Source: Octopus sinensis
Lineage: Eukaryota
Reading direction: 5' to 3'
Assembly (NCBI RefSeq): GCF_006345805.1
Contig: NC_043001.1
Span: forward strand, 31,310,001 to 31,374,000
DNA length: 64,000 bases
Position numbers and translations under genes: made by a program. Positions 12,571 to 26,460 of this stretch are shown here, piece by piece. Numbering within the stretch: the stretch's first letter is position 1; each line of letters opens with the position of its first letter. The notes under the pieces were generated by a model. It had not been told where the DNA came from. It made no database searches and saw only the letters and a program-made list of their open reading frames with translations.

Positions 12571-12577
12571 AATATAA

Positions 12578-13324
12578 ATGACGCAATTCACTTTGTCAGA
12601 AATTTGGAAACGACATGCTGTACTGTTTGGCATTCGCACCGGAAGCTCCAATACGAACATTTCAGATTGTTTGGGTGTCAATCTAAAAACTGTGTAATCT
12701 GAGGATATGTACCGAGAGTGATAAAAATCAAACATCCAGTCAACATCATGGTGCTTGGAGTGATCACTAGTGACGGTGACGTTATGCCTCCATTCATCTT
12801 CCCACACGACCTCAAATACAACACAGAGGCCTGCATCATGTGTCTGGAGGAGTTAGTACTGCCCTAGGCCAAGAAGGTGGCTGCTGAAAGACCCTATGCC
12901 TGGCAACGAGACTCTGCACCATGCTATACAAGCAGGAGAACCCATGTCAGACAATTTCTACGACCACATCAACCCTAACATCTGGCCACCTAACTCCGAA
13001 GAATGCAAACCCCTTGATAATTATGCGAGGGGGGCAGTTGAGCGAGAGACCAACAAAATTCCTTGTAGCACCCAAGATGAACTGAAGACAAGGATTATGG
13101 CAGCATTCACCAACTTAAACAAGGAGACCGTCTATAAGAGTTGCAGAAGATTCTGAAGTCGTCTGGAGCCCATGGTTGAAGTCAATGACAATTTTATTGA
13201 ATAAATTTACTCCTTAGTATTTCAAGATTATGCAATTTTGGTAAATATATCTGTTAAAATGATATGTCAGGGTTATTTTAATTTTTGTGTAATTTAGACA
13301 ACTGTTTATTCACCGGATCCTGTA
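12578..13324 (+). mobile_element. Tc1/mariner transposon remnant, internally deleted
   Basis: Starts MTQFTLSEIWKRHAV..ISDCLGVNLKTV, then KHPVNIMVLGVITSDG..PPFIF..WQRDSAP..WPPNS...PLDNY..AVER; ends in a TIR-like CACCGGATCCTG followed by TA. Confidence 0.85.
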
Positions 13325-13372
<48 letters not shown>

Positions 13373-13531
13373 CTGTAAATAATCATAATGGTATTTTTTA
13401 TAAGTTTATAGCGATCAACGGGCAAATGACTAAGGAAAATAGTCTAATAATGGGGCATACAAGCCCTCGACAGAAAAAAGTAGGCTTCCCGTACGTGTTG
13501 GACCCAAACCCACAAGCCATTCGCACCGAAA

Positions 13532-13620
<89 letters not shown>

Positions 13621-13660
13621 AAATCCATATGTGTGTGTGTGTGTATATACATATATATAA

Positions 13661-14058
13661 ACTTTTCTACTCTAAGCACAAGGCCCGAAATTTTTGGGGA
13701 GGGGGCCAGTCGATTAGATCGACCCCAATACGCAACTGGCACTTAATTTATCGACTCCAAAAAGATGAAAGGCAAAGTCGACCTCGGCGGAATTTGAACT
13801 CAGATCGTAAAGACAGACGAAATACCTATTTCTTTACTACCCACAAGGGGCTAAACACAGAGAGGACAAACAAGGACAGACAAACGGATTAAGTCGATTA
13901 TATCTACCCCAGTGCGTAACTGGTACTTAATTTATCGACCCCGAAAGGATGAAAAGGCAAAGTCAACCTCGGCGGAATTTGAACTCAGAACGTAGCGGCA
14001 GACGAAATACCGCTAAGCATTTCGCCCGGCGTGCTAACGTTTCTGCCAGCTCGCCACC
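13661..14058 (-). mobile_element. SINE family B dimer
   Basis: Same consensus as 918-1313. Confidence 0.9.
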
Positions 14059-14078
14059 TTTATATATTTATATATATA

Positions 14079-14171
<93 letters not shown>

Positions 14172-14247
14172 CCATATACATATATGTATATATAAGTATA
14201 TATATATATATATACATATAGGTATATGGATATATATGTGTATATAC

Positions 14248-14279
<32 letters not shown>

Positions 14280-14362
14280 GTGTGTGTGTATAGTTTTCAC
14301 GTTTTATTTGTTTCAGTCATTTGACTGCAGCGTCTGTGTGTGTGTGTGTGTGTGCGTGCGTG

Positions 14363-14397
<35 letters not shown>

Positions 14398-15004
14398 TGC
14401 GCAGATATCGATGGAATAAGTAGCAGTGTGCCGGTATGGGGGGCAGTCTAATGACTAAAGAAGTAAATGAGAGACGGTTAAGAAAATTAGGACTTATATA
14501 AAAGAGATAACTTTGGCCCTTGTTGCATTATCACTCATGTTTCTGTTCATTGATATCATAACATATTTTAATTCCGACAAAGATTCTTCCGAAAAGATGT
14601 GATGGTTTTCCCTTTGATCATAGACTGACCAATGGCTAAACAACGATAATAGCATCCACAATAAAGCATTGCGTTTTCATCTCGCTCTTATCTCTATCTT
14701 TCTAGTGTTTTGGTAATCTTTTGAATAATGGTGTCTTTTGAATAGCTATAAGGGCGTCTTTCAGACGGAGGAGAAGGGCGTAAATATTTTAAAATATCAT
14801 CTATCTGCCACTGATACAAGCTTGCCAGCTTCTTTTGCACTGGGATTCTACCTCTTATATTACATGAATTCTGTATTATTAATTTCTAACTTTGGCGCAA
14901 TGTGAGACAGTTCTAAACGTGTTGATGCAGTCTATTATGTACACCCGAGTACATTACTGGTACTTGTTTCATTTGCATCGCAGGAAATGAAAATAAAAGT
15001 TAGA

Positions 15005-15210
15005 TTCAATTTCAGAGCGTTAACGCTATGAATCCATGAGTATGCTTTAGCGGGCGTGATTGCGTTTGACTATAACCCTGGAAGATACAAAAGCAGGGAT
15101 GAAGGAAGGGGAACACGGATTCAAGGTCAGAGCGCTAACCTTTTGAACCCACAACTACGCTTTAGCAGGCATGACTTCGTTTAATTGTAACCCTGGAAGA
15201 CACGAAAGCG
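15005..15210. repeat. Diverged 115-bp tandem duplication
   Basis: TTCAA..TCAGAGCG.TAAC..TGAA.CCA..GCTTTAGC.GGC.TGA..CGTTT..T.TAACCCTGGAAGA.AC.AAAGC begins at 15005 and again at 15120. Confidence 0.75.
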
Positions 15211-16964
15211 TGTGAAGAGGCACACTGACTGGCTGAAACGTCGTTATTTTCAGCTGTAAACACAAACCTCTGTCGTCGACCACTTTGGCGTCTTCTTAGG
15301 ATATAGTCAAACTAAATCGACCCCGCTAAAGAGTACTCACGGTTCAATGGGTTAGGTATTTAAAATATAGCGAAGCATCTTATCAGGTTTTCCTCTTCAA
15401 CCATATAACAGTCCTCAGAAATATATGTTACTGAAAGTGTATTGTTGCTTAAATGTAAATTATGCTTTAACTTTTACTTCTATCCAGGCGATAGAGAATG
15501 GGAGAGGAAAGTCTTAACGTTGCAAGTAACACCACGTTGGAGAGATGAGACTTCAACGTGAATTTGTGTATTGGCCTGAGTGTTCGATTCGCTGCCTGTT
15601 TATAGTATATTGGTTCTATGAAAGTGCACCATCAGAGACGAGCTATATCAATAAATTATCCGCAACTTAAACACTGAAGGTGAGATTTCGAATAAATTAG
15701 TTACCATTTCAGCTCTTTTGGAACTAAACCCATCTCACTTTTTATGCGTTTAGCTCCAGTTTCTTAAATCTATCTCCCAGTTTACCCTAGTTTGAATAAT
15801 CTGGTTATTTTTTAAACATTTCTTTGCCATTTATTCAAAGTATCTAGTTCGGGAGTCTCCATGCTGAGGTTAACCATATCCTCGGAGGTAAATTTTCTAA
15901 TACTGGATTTCTACCTAGTTTTCCCATTATTTGAAAAGAAAAAACAATTTGAAATCAAGAAAAAAATAAAAATTATCCTATTTTATAAAACAAAAACAAA
16001 ATATAATAATGATGGTGATTTTTTTTTTTATTAAAGCTAATTTTGTTTCTTTTTCACACTGGATTTAACTGTGATGTATAACTCTTATTTTCTGTGTTTT
16101 GCAATGGTGTAGCTTAATTTAGAAGACTATTTGGATCTGGTATCTGTTTATTATTAGTTCATAAATAAGTGCAACAATATTGTTATGCGCTATTTTTATT
16201 GATATTTGAACTTAGAATAATGTTTAAAAATAGTGTTTCAAATTTCCACTTTCAACTACTTAATATTATTTTTTAATTACTCTTCTAAGAGAATAGTCTC
16301 ATTCAGAAGATTGCGTTTGATTCTGAGTGAAATAGCAATGTTATGCGCTATTTTTATTATCATTTGAACTTGATTATGTGTGAAAACAGCATTAAAAATG
16401 TCCTCTTTGTTGGTTGATTTGTTATGGTAGAGGTCAAAACTTGAATTACAGAACACAACAGGGGAGGGTATATCTATTTTCAAAAAGTTACTAGGATGTA
16501 AATGGAACGGAAAAAGATTAGGAAAACCCTGCACTGGATGCACTAAAATTCACGCGAATTCCAACGATGGTCTCGTAAACCGAAATATAATTTTTTAGAT
16601 GAGTTGTTTGTTTATAATAAATAATCCATTTACAAAATAATGGGCCTATGGTTTTGTAATATTTCAGTTGTAAGATTTTCTACATAACCCTGATTACACA
16701 CACACACATGTATATAATCGTCGATGCACGATAAACAACAAGAATGAAAGCAAAAATTTGCATATTAATTCTTTATACGTTCCTGTAGATTCTAACATAA
16801 GCCCCCTCCTATGCCAATGAGTAAACTGTATTACGAACGCATTCGTCTGAAAGAAGCTGTTCTCCAAGGACAAAACACGAGAACGATTAGCACATTCAAG
16901 CTCGAACCTGGTGGAACGTATTAAGAATGAATGTGTAAGTTACAGTAGGTTTCGAATTTTGGCA

Positions 16965-17700
16965 CAAAGCCAGCAATTTCGGGGGAGGGATCAGCCGATT
17001 ATGTCGACCCCAGTGTTCAACTGGAACTTATTTTATCGGCCCCGAAAGAATGAAAGGCAAAGTCAACCTCAGCGGAATTTGAGCTCAGAACATGAAGACG
17101 AACTAAATGACGCTAAGTATTTTGCCCGACATGCTAACGATTCTGCCAGCCCGCCTTATATTATCATAAAGTATTTACAATATTTGTTTTGCGCAGAATA
17201 ATTTTAATGATTCTTATTTCTTTTACTGCCCACAAGGGGCTAAACATAGAGGGGACAAACAAGGACAAACAAACGGATTAAGTCGATTACATCGACCCCA
17301 GTGCGTAACTGGTACTTATTTAATCGACCCCGAAAGGATGAAAGGCAAAGTCGACCTCGGTGGAATTTGGACTCAGAACGTAGCGACAGACGAAATACCT
17401 ATTTCTTTACTACCTACAAGGGGCTAAACACAGAAGGTACAAACAAGGACGGACAAACGGATTAAGTCGATTACATCGAACCCAGTGCTTAACTGGTACT
17501 TAATTTATCGACTCCGAAAGGATGAAAGGCAAAGTCGACCACGGCGGAATTTGAACTCAGAACGTAAAGACGAACTAAATGCCGCTAAGTATTTTGCCCG
17601 ACATGCTAACGATTCTGCCAGCCCGCCTTATATTATCATAAAGTATTTACAATATTTGTTTTGCGCAGAATAATTTTAATGATTCTGCCAGTTCACCGCC
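16965..17700 (-). mobile_element. Cluster of SINE B copies containing a 120-bp direct duplication
   Basis: Old SINE B plus unique flank duplicated at 17095-17214 and 17567-17686 around a younger dimer. Confidence 0.85.
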
Positions 17701-20700
17701 TTAGATTCTGTCAACTATTGACAATACCAATGAAAAGATAAGAACAGCTTTATAGACGGTTTCTTGCAGATAAATTCCCGTATTTTATACTCATCGCGAA
17801 TGTCTCTGTTGCCATAACAAGTCATAAATGCATAGCTTGAAAGCGCTCGGGGAAATTTAAGTACAGAAATAAATAGAAATAAGCTAATTCGTTCGTATTA
17901 ACAATAAATTCTCTAACAAGCTTGTTGAGAAGAAATAATGAGAAATACGAAAAGACAATAAAGAACAATAACAAGAACATCCTAGAAAGCAAAAGGAATC
18001 AAATATATAAAATATATCAAGAAAAGACATATGTGAAAAGGTAAGAATGTGTTCGCGTACTGCGCGCGTGTATGTGTTTGTGTATGTGTATATGCAGTGC
18101 TGTGTGTGGTATGATTACAAACTAGGTTAATGTTTTCGTACGGGTGGGGGGAAAAATCCAACACACAACAACATAATGTTCGTGAGTGTAAGTAACTATA
18201 ATTAAATATATGATTTTTACACAGGTATCAGAAGGAATGGCATTAGAGCGAATCAGCAGAGGCAGGGAGAGAGATGGAAACGGTGGATAAGTGAGTAGGC
18301 CTTCATATATACATCTCATTGCTCCGAAACACACGCACGTACGCGCGCTCGCACACACACACACACGCATTTCCTTTCACGCGTGTAGGTAACCAAGACA
18401 TAACTTCAATGTTTACGATCGTAAACCATGAAATATGTATCATAAATTATGTGGTTGTGTGTATATATACATACATACATCATATATACATACATACATT
18501 GTATATATATATATCTTAGAGAAGACATATATAAAATGTCTTCTTGCATCCACCCCTCTGTCGCGTCTTGCCTTCCCTGACACTCATTTCTGAGCATTTC
18601 TCGATTACAATTTTGTAAATGTGAAACAATCCTTAGAGGCGGTGATAATTCTTATAAATCAAAAATTTCTTGTGTGGTATTTATCAGTACTATTCATATC
18701 ATATCACTAGCCGCTCAGTTACCTCTCATAGCTCACGCATGTTTGATTTGTGCAAATTACCTTGTCATAAATATGTTCTATCCTTTTTGTATATTCTGTG
18801 TATCCTTTGGTTGCTGGAGGTAGGTTAAAGCAATTGTCATGCTGATGACGACCTCATATCTCCAAATGATAAGCGTGTCCTTTTCCTTAATGGCATATCA
18901 ACTTTGGAGAATTCTTGATTCTCCCCTTGTCACAGGAGCTGTTCTCAATTACCTCTAGAGGCGGACATAATTTTAATAAAAGAAAAATTTATCTCAAATG
19001 GATGTCTTATAAAACTATTCCGCACATACAATAACAGCCATACCAACTATCCAACATACCTTCATCATCAGCTGCCCCACGGATATCACTATGGTTTTGA
19101 CACCTGAGCTGTACCATTCAATCCAGCGGTGTCAGCAGCACAAAAATAAGTGTTGGGATTTCATTAACAGCTGTATGTTCTCTTTAACAATCTACAGATG
19201 CACTGTTTATAAACTCAGCATATACAATGCATTCTTTGTTGCTAGTTCAATATACAAATGATTCAAACGTTGACAAAGTGATATTTTAATGCTATATTAC
19301 TGCTACCAAGAATGCCTACATATATACGCATGTATGCATTACTGGTAGCCAGTTATATTAACTATAATACAGTATGGTACAGAAAAAAACATGTTAATGC
19401 TAAATTCTTCAATATACACACATCCAAACAAACGAAAATACCTTGATAATGGTGCGGGTTCTTATGAACTCAGGCTTCATCCATTGCTGTGAGGTTACCG
19501 GAGTCTCAGAGAAAGTAGTTTCTTTTTTTTACATTGGACTAGATACCAGAACCAAGATAAATCGCTTCATCACAGAGAGTTTGGACGCAGAAAGTAGAAA
19601 CCCGACACAGACATCGCAAAGTATTTCGTCCGATGTTCTACGAATTCTGGAAGTTCATCGCTCCAGGAATGGTATTTCATTTATCGACTCTGGACGAATG
19701 AAAGACAAAGTGGACCTCAGCAAGCAGAAGGCATTCTATCTGATGCTCCAACGAACTTGCTAATTCTTTATATACATATATAATGTATTTATGGTGCCTG
19801 TATATCTATATTTCCTTCGTGTTCTTATATGTATCTGCATCTGAACACAGTACATTTGTATCTATATCGGCATTTATTTCAAAAGTCAGTACCGAGGTTG
19901 GATGTTATTATCTTTATTTCGTGTTTCATCCCACCTTGTAGTCTTTGTCTCTCTCTCTCTCTTTTACATGCAACGCGCACATTACGATAGCTAATATACA
20001 TTCTCCCCCCCACCTCTCTCTTTCTCTCTCTCTCTTTATGTCTCACTATCGAGTGGAAAGACTAGCTGTCTGGAAAGAGTTAAGCAATTATTTTGCTTTT
20101 GAAAAAGGTCATACTCTGAAACAGGTGTTTGGTATGATAGATGAAGGAGGAAGGACTGGCGGAGTAGTGTAGCCACGCGCAAAGATTAACTTATTTGAAT
20201 TATGTATGTGCATATGTATGTATATGTTGATGTGTGTATGTGTGTGTGTGTGTGTGCCTGTATATGGATATACCTATATACGTGTGTATATGTGTGTGTG
20301 TATGTATATATGGATATACCTATATGTGTGTGTATGTATATATGTGTGTGTATATATATGGATATATCAATAAACGTGTATATATGTATATATGTGTGTG
20401 TATATGTATATATGTGTGTGTGTATAAGTATATATGTGTGTGTGTATATGTATATATGTGTGTGTGTATATGTATATATATATGTGTGTGTGTATATGTA
20501 TATATGTGTGTATGCATATACGTATATATCTGTATGAAAGCATGTGTGTGTGTGTGTAAATGTGTATATGAATAAATACGTGTGTGTGTGTATATAACAT
20601 CAACGGAAACAGTACATTGTCAATAACAATATACACATTTAGTATATTCGCAAATAAAATCAACTACAGGCTTATATAGTGCGCACACATACGTATATAT

Positions 20701-21157
20701 TCACCCGGTTAAAATTCACTACCTAAAAATATCCCCCCCTCCCCGCCTCCCCGTCAGTCAATTTTTCTCTATCGCTTACAGTGATATCCCTGTCTGCTCC
20801 TCTTTATCACGTATTTTCCCACTTGTAAAATGTTTTGCTCTCATTCGTCGTACACCTTCCTTTCACCATCACCACCACCACAGAATCGTTAATACGCCAG
20901 TTAAAACGCTTAGCAGCATTTCGTCCGTCTTTACAACCTGAGCTCAAATTCCACCACGGCCGACTTTGCTTTTTATCTCATCAGAGTCGATAAAGTCGAG
21001 GAGCAGTCAAGTATTGGGGTCTATGTGATCGACTGGCCTCTTCCCACAAAATTTCAAGCCTTCTGCCTATAGTAAGTACACATTGGTTCTCAACCGGGGT
21101 CCATATAACCCTTGGTGAACCGTATAAGATTTTGTCGTTGAAATTTATGTGCAATAA

Positions 21158-21320
21158 AGGAGTGACTGTGTGGTAAGTAGCTTGCTTACCAACCGCAAGG
21201 TTCCGGGTTCAGTCCCACTGCGTGGTACCACGGGCCGACTAAAGTCTTGTGAGTGGATCTGGTAGACGGAAACTGAAAGACGCCCGTCGTATATATGTGT
21301 ATATATATATATGTGTGTGT

Positions 21321-21360
<40 letters not shown>

Positions 21361-21570
21361 CTTGTGTGTCTGTGTTTGTCCTCCCAATATTGCTTGACAA
21401 CCGATGCTGGTGTGCTTACGTCCCCGTAATTTAGCGGTTCGGCAAAAGAGACAGATAAAATAAGTACTAGGCTTACGAAGAATAAGTCCTGGGGTCGATG
21501 TGCTCGAGTAAAGGCGGTGCTCCAGCATGGCCACAGTCAAATGACTGAAACAAGTAAAAGAGTAAAAGAG
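21158..21570 (+). mobile_element. SINE family A
   Basis: Head GGAGTGACTGTGTGGTAAG, internal microsatellite, (AAAAGAGT)n tail. Confidence 0.9.
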
Positions 21571-22046
21571 ATGTAGACACATGCACACACACAGACATAC
21601 GATAGGCTACAGCACAGTTTCCGTTAACTACTTTTTGACTCAAAAAGTACTGAATCGACATGGGGCTATGGTGTAGCACATTTGCTGGAAGTGCGGCGGA
21701 TGGTTGAGTTTTCTAAGCCTAAACCATAGACTCATTCCTGAGCCGAATCAAAATTGTGATGATATTTGGTCGACAACTGACGAGGAATTGAGCTTGTCTG
21801 CTTTCGTTAGATGTGCGTTTTTCTTGTTTTCCTGTAATTTCCACTGTTATCCACCACCCACATCCTTATCCTGTTCCACATTGAACGTCCACATACACAC
21901 ACACAAGTATACAGTACTAAGTTTCCGAACGGTTGAAAGGTCATGGAATTTTTTATCAGGCTGTTAATCCGATTATTTAAGGCAAATTACATATATTGAA
22001 TGCTCTTTTCACGCATTTCGTTTGCACACCACTCTCTCCCGTCCCT

Positions 22047-22099
<53 letters not shown>

Positions 22100-22149
22100 C
22101 TATCACTCTATCTTTCTGTGCATCCTCCCCCTCTTTCCTTTAAATAGGT

Positions 22150-22315
22150 GCAGGCATGGCTGTAAGCTTCAGAAGCTCGCTTTGCAGCCGCGTGGCTTCA
22201 GGTTCAATCCCATTGCGCGGTACCTTGGTCGGCCCGGAGTTGTAGTAGAAGTGTCTTCTGTAGTTCCGAGCCGGCCGATGCCTTTGGTATACAGGAACTG
22301 TGTGGAAACCCGTCG

Positions 22316-22381
<66 letters not shown>

Positions 22382-22590
22382 TGTTCGTCTCAACACCACT
22401 GTTTCAAGATGGTGTTGATTTCTTTACGTCCTTGTAACTTAGCGATTCAGCAAAAGGGCCGATGCAATAAGTACCAGACTTAAAGGGTTAGTACTGGGGT
22501 TGACTTGTTCTGTTACACTTTTCAAGGCGGTGCCTTGGCATGGCTGCACAATCCAATGTGTGAAACATGTAAAAGATATAAAAATACATA
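22150..22590 (+). mobile_element. SINE family A, diverged
   Basis: Degenerate head and tail with the same architecture. Confidence 0.7.
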
Positions 22591-22869
22591 AGATTTAATA
22601 AAAGAGATTAGGCAAAAATAATTTTTTAGATAAGAAATAGAATAACGGATTGCGTGGAAGTGAGAAGAAAGAACGAGGGACTTTTGTAATATCTTCCATT
22701 GTGGAGTGGTAGTAAGTTTATAACGGTTTTATAACAAAAAGGAATCGAATGTTCATAGAGAAAAAACCCAGAAAAAGTTGGAATAAAACGGAGGAAAAAC
22801 ACTGAATCACTGATGCAAAGAGAAAAAGAAATCCAGCGCATTATTATTACAAAAAAAATTACGGTTCCT

Positions 22870-23840
22870 TATGTTCTGTGCTCAAGATCAATGGAATAAA
22901 GTACCAGTCTAGTTCTGGGGTCGCTGTTATCAAGTGAACTCTTTCTATCAAAATCTCTGGCCTCGTTCCTAAGTAGGAAACCATTATTGATATTACTTTC
23001 TACGATGAAGCAGCGAGCTGGCAGAATCGTTAGCGCGCCGGGTAAAATGCTTTGCAGTATTTCGTCTGTCTTTATGTTCTGCGTTAAAATGCCACCGAGG
23101 TCGACTTTGCCTTTCATCCTTTGTGGGGTCGATAAAATAAGTACCAGTTGAATACTGAGATCGATATAATGCCAAGCTTTGAAACCGATATTACTTTCTA
23201 CGAAGGCGGCGAGCTGGCAGAAACGTTAGCACACCGGGCGAAATGCGTAGCCGCATTTCGTCTGCCGCTACGTTCTGAGTTCAAATTCCGCCGAGGTCGA
23301 CTTTGCCTTCATCCTTTCGGGGTCGATTAAATAAGTACCAGTTACGCACTGGAGTCGATCTAATCGAATTAATCCGTTTGTCTGTCCTTGTTTGTCCCTC
23401 TCTATGTTTAGCCCCTTGTGGGCAATAAAGAAATAGGTATTTCGTCTGCCGCTACGTTCTGAGTTCAAATTCCGCCGAGGTCGACTTTGCCTTTCGTACT
23501 TTCAGGGTCGATAAATTAAGTACCAGTTACGCACTGGGGTCGATATAATCGACTTAATCCGTTTGTCTGTCCTTGTTTGTTCCCTCTATGTTTAGCCCCC
23601 TGTGGGCAATAAAGAGATTGATATTACTTTCTACGATAAACACAAGGCTTGATATTTTAGGGGAGGGGACTAGTCGGTTATATCGACCCCAGTGTTCAGC
23701 TGGTACTCATTTTATCGACCATGAAAGCATGAAAGACAAAGTCGACTTCGGTGGAATTCGGACTCAGAACTTTAAAACGGACGAAACACCACTAAGCATT
23801 TTTCCCGGAGTGCTGACGATTATACCAGCTCGCTACCTTA
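22870..23840. mobile_element. SINE B insertion cluster (at least four copies)
   Basis: + copies at 23006-23186 and 23204-23619 (dimer), a - copy at about 23637-23835, and a tail fragment before 22990; GATATTACTTTCTACGA occurs three times at the junctions. Confidence 0.85.
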
Positions 23841-24382
23841 GAAACCACTACCCAGGGTCGATAAAATAAAATAGCCTAGTTGTTTGACAGATTTGATTAA
23901 AAAATAATTACTTGGCCTTGTGCTAGTACTAAAAACTATATATTATTCTACTCGTTACGGAATGCGTTTGAGCATAACGCTTTTTACAATCTTATGATTA
24001 TGGAACTAAATCGAAGACATAACCGAAAAATTTTAACGTAAATCAAACAACGTTATGAAGATTATAAGTTTTGGCATCAAAACAGGAATGAAAATGCTTA
24101 TAAAACGTGGAATTTCTACAGTTCCTTCAAGTAATAAGAGAAGCATGCTTGTAAATAAAGAGTAGCTTTTTTTACTCGAACTGTTCCTCTCTGAAAGTCA
24201 CTATCATCGTCTTGTTTTCATTCTGTCTTTTAAGCTTTCTGTCAATCGACATTTTTCGAATTCGTGGGACCCCTTTCATTTCATTTTTTGTTGTTCCTTA
24301 TGCTGCAGTGAGCGGCATCAAGCCTTGTTAGGGACAGAATCGTCAAAACTAAAAGAGCCATGATTTATTTATTTCTTTCTCT

Positions 24383-24453
<71 letters not shown>

Positions 24454-24473
24454 CACTCACTCACTCACTCACT

Positions 24474-24512
<39 letters not shown>

Positions 24513-24924
24513 AAGAGAAAATTGAGTCTCTTAGATTGACTTTTTATTTATTTGACGAACAAATTCTGTGAATTCCACTCCTCGCGGGCTTTCATAACAG
24601 GATGTAAATTATAACGTTTGTGTGCGCGTGTGTATCTGTGTGTTTGCGTGTATTCGCGCATGTGTGCGTCTGTGTATGTGTGCGTCTGTGTATGTGTGCA
24701 TCTGTAACCTTGCGTATGTGTGAGTTTGTGTGCATTTACGCATGTTTGCATTTGTGTTTATCTCTGCGCGTATTTTATGTCAAAAGATGAAGACATCGCT
24801 GAATAAAGATGTGAAGTGCCTAAACAATTAAATGAGTTACTGACCCAGAAAGTTACCCTCCAGCTGTAGTAATGCAATCCCAGGACTGCTATTTTCTTGA
24901 TATTTATTTACTGACACACATGCT

Positions 24925-25500
24925 CGTTGGTTGTTGCTTAGCCCTAGGCCAGTTCAACCACGCTCAAGCAGACATATGATCAAAGGCGTTCTAGCCGTGA
25001 CCGTCCTGTATATTTTTTGTTCCAAGGCACATAGTGCACACACAATATTATCCCGTGCCATTGTGTCCTTCCGTTCTAAGATCGTAGTGTGTAATCTGAG
25101 GAAGAATTGTTTGACATTTCTAGCAGCTCGAGTAGACCGCTTATAGGATTTCTCGTTTGCTCTAGGAGGATGTTGGGACACTTAATCCTTTCCCTTCTAT
25201 TTCTATAAAAATATAAAGAGCGATTTGAGAGAAATGTGGCTGATAATGATGCTTAGCAGTTGGCCAGCCATGGCTGAAAACTCATGATCAAAAGCATTCC
25301 AGCTGTGACCATCCCGCTTTAAATTATGTTGGTGTACGTTATTTAATCGGACGTTTTGCTTGAAATAGTAGGATGCGATTTGAGAGACATCTACTTGATA
25401 TTTCTAGCTAGTCGAGCACCACCTCGTACAAGCACCTTCGTTGGATCGGAATTTGACTGCTATTTCTAGAATGTCGAGCGACCATGTCAGAGGCCTGTCA
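24925..25500 (+). repeat. Old dispersed repeat family C, two adjacent copies
   Basis: Motifs GACATATGATCAAAGGC.TTC.AGC.GTGACC.TCC and CT(A)TTTCTAGCAG(G/C)TCGAG recur at about 41255-41390 and 47330-47520, and inverted at about 780-840, 1390-1480 and 47590-47780. Confidence 0.6.
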
Positions 25501-25859
25501 TTGACAAAGTGGAGTGTGCGGGAGGTTGAAATATTTTACTCGAGGGATTCTGTTGTATTATCGTATCATCTCGCTTCACTTGTCTTGGTGAGAAGAAATA
25601 GATTGAGATTGCCGTCTGAAGAGGGTGGCGTGTAAATAGGAATTATGGTAACAGGCGGAATGATGGCAGGGATTTTAATGACAGCAAGCAGTGAGAGAGT
25701 GGGGTGGGGGAGGTTTTGAATGTTGGGGGTAAATAATATTTCGAATTGATGAGAGAGAAAGAGAGAGAAAGAGAGAGTGCGTGTGTGCAAGACTGCTAAG
25801 AGGCGACGATGATGACTTTGTGTGTGTGTGTGTGTGTGTGTGTTCGTGTGTGTGTGTGT

Positions 25860-26460
25860 TCTATTCTTTTTCTTTCATTCTTTTACTTGTTCTAATCATT
25901 TGACTGTGGCCATGCTGGAGCACCCCCTTCAAGGGTTTTAGTCGAACAAATCGATCCCGAGACTTATTCTTTAAACCCAATATTTATTCTGTTGTTCACT
26001 TTTGCCGAACCGCTAAGTTACGGGGAAGTAAACGCACCAACACCGGTTGTCAAGCGGTGATGGGAGGACAAACACACAAACACAAACACGTATACATATT
26101 CCTTTATTTTTTAATTTGTTTCAGTCATTTGACTGCGGCCATGGTGGAGCACCACCTTTAGTCGAACAAATAGATCCCAGGACTTATTCTTTGTAAGCCT
26201 TGTACTTATTCTATCGGTCGCTTTTGCCGAACCGCTACGTTACGGGGATATAAACACACCAGCATCGGTTATCAAGCGATGTTGCGGGTGGACAAACACA
26301 GACACACAAACATATACACACACATATGTATATATACGACGGGCTTCTTTCAGTTTCCATCTACCAAATCCACTCACAAGGCTTTGGTTGACCCGAGGCT
26401 ACAGTAGAAGACACTTGCCCAAGGTGCCACGTAGTGGGACTGAACCCGGAACCACTCATG
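25860..26460 (-). mobile_element. Two tandem SINE family A copies, 5'-truncated
   Basis: Reverse complement of SINE A tail and body, twice. Confidence 0.85.

Noticed and set aside
13443-13475. CTAATAAT-GGGGC/GCCCTC-GACA as a hammerhead relic
   Set aside because: Three core substitutions; cannot be distinguished from chance without a family consensus.
19060-19130. Minus-strand donor GATGAAG|GTATGT
   Set aside because: Only a short open frame, weak acceptor and no recognisable peptide.
19441-19540. Minus-strand exon candidate ending ATCAAG|GTATTT
   Set aside because: No acceptor with a pyrimidine tract keeps an open frame; stops occur in all three frames upstream.
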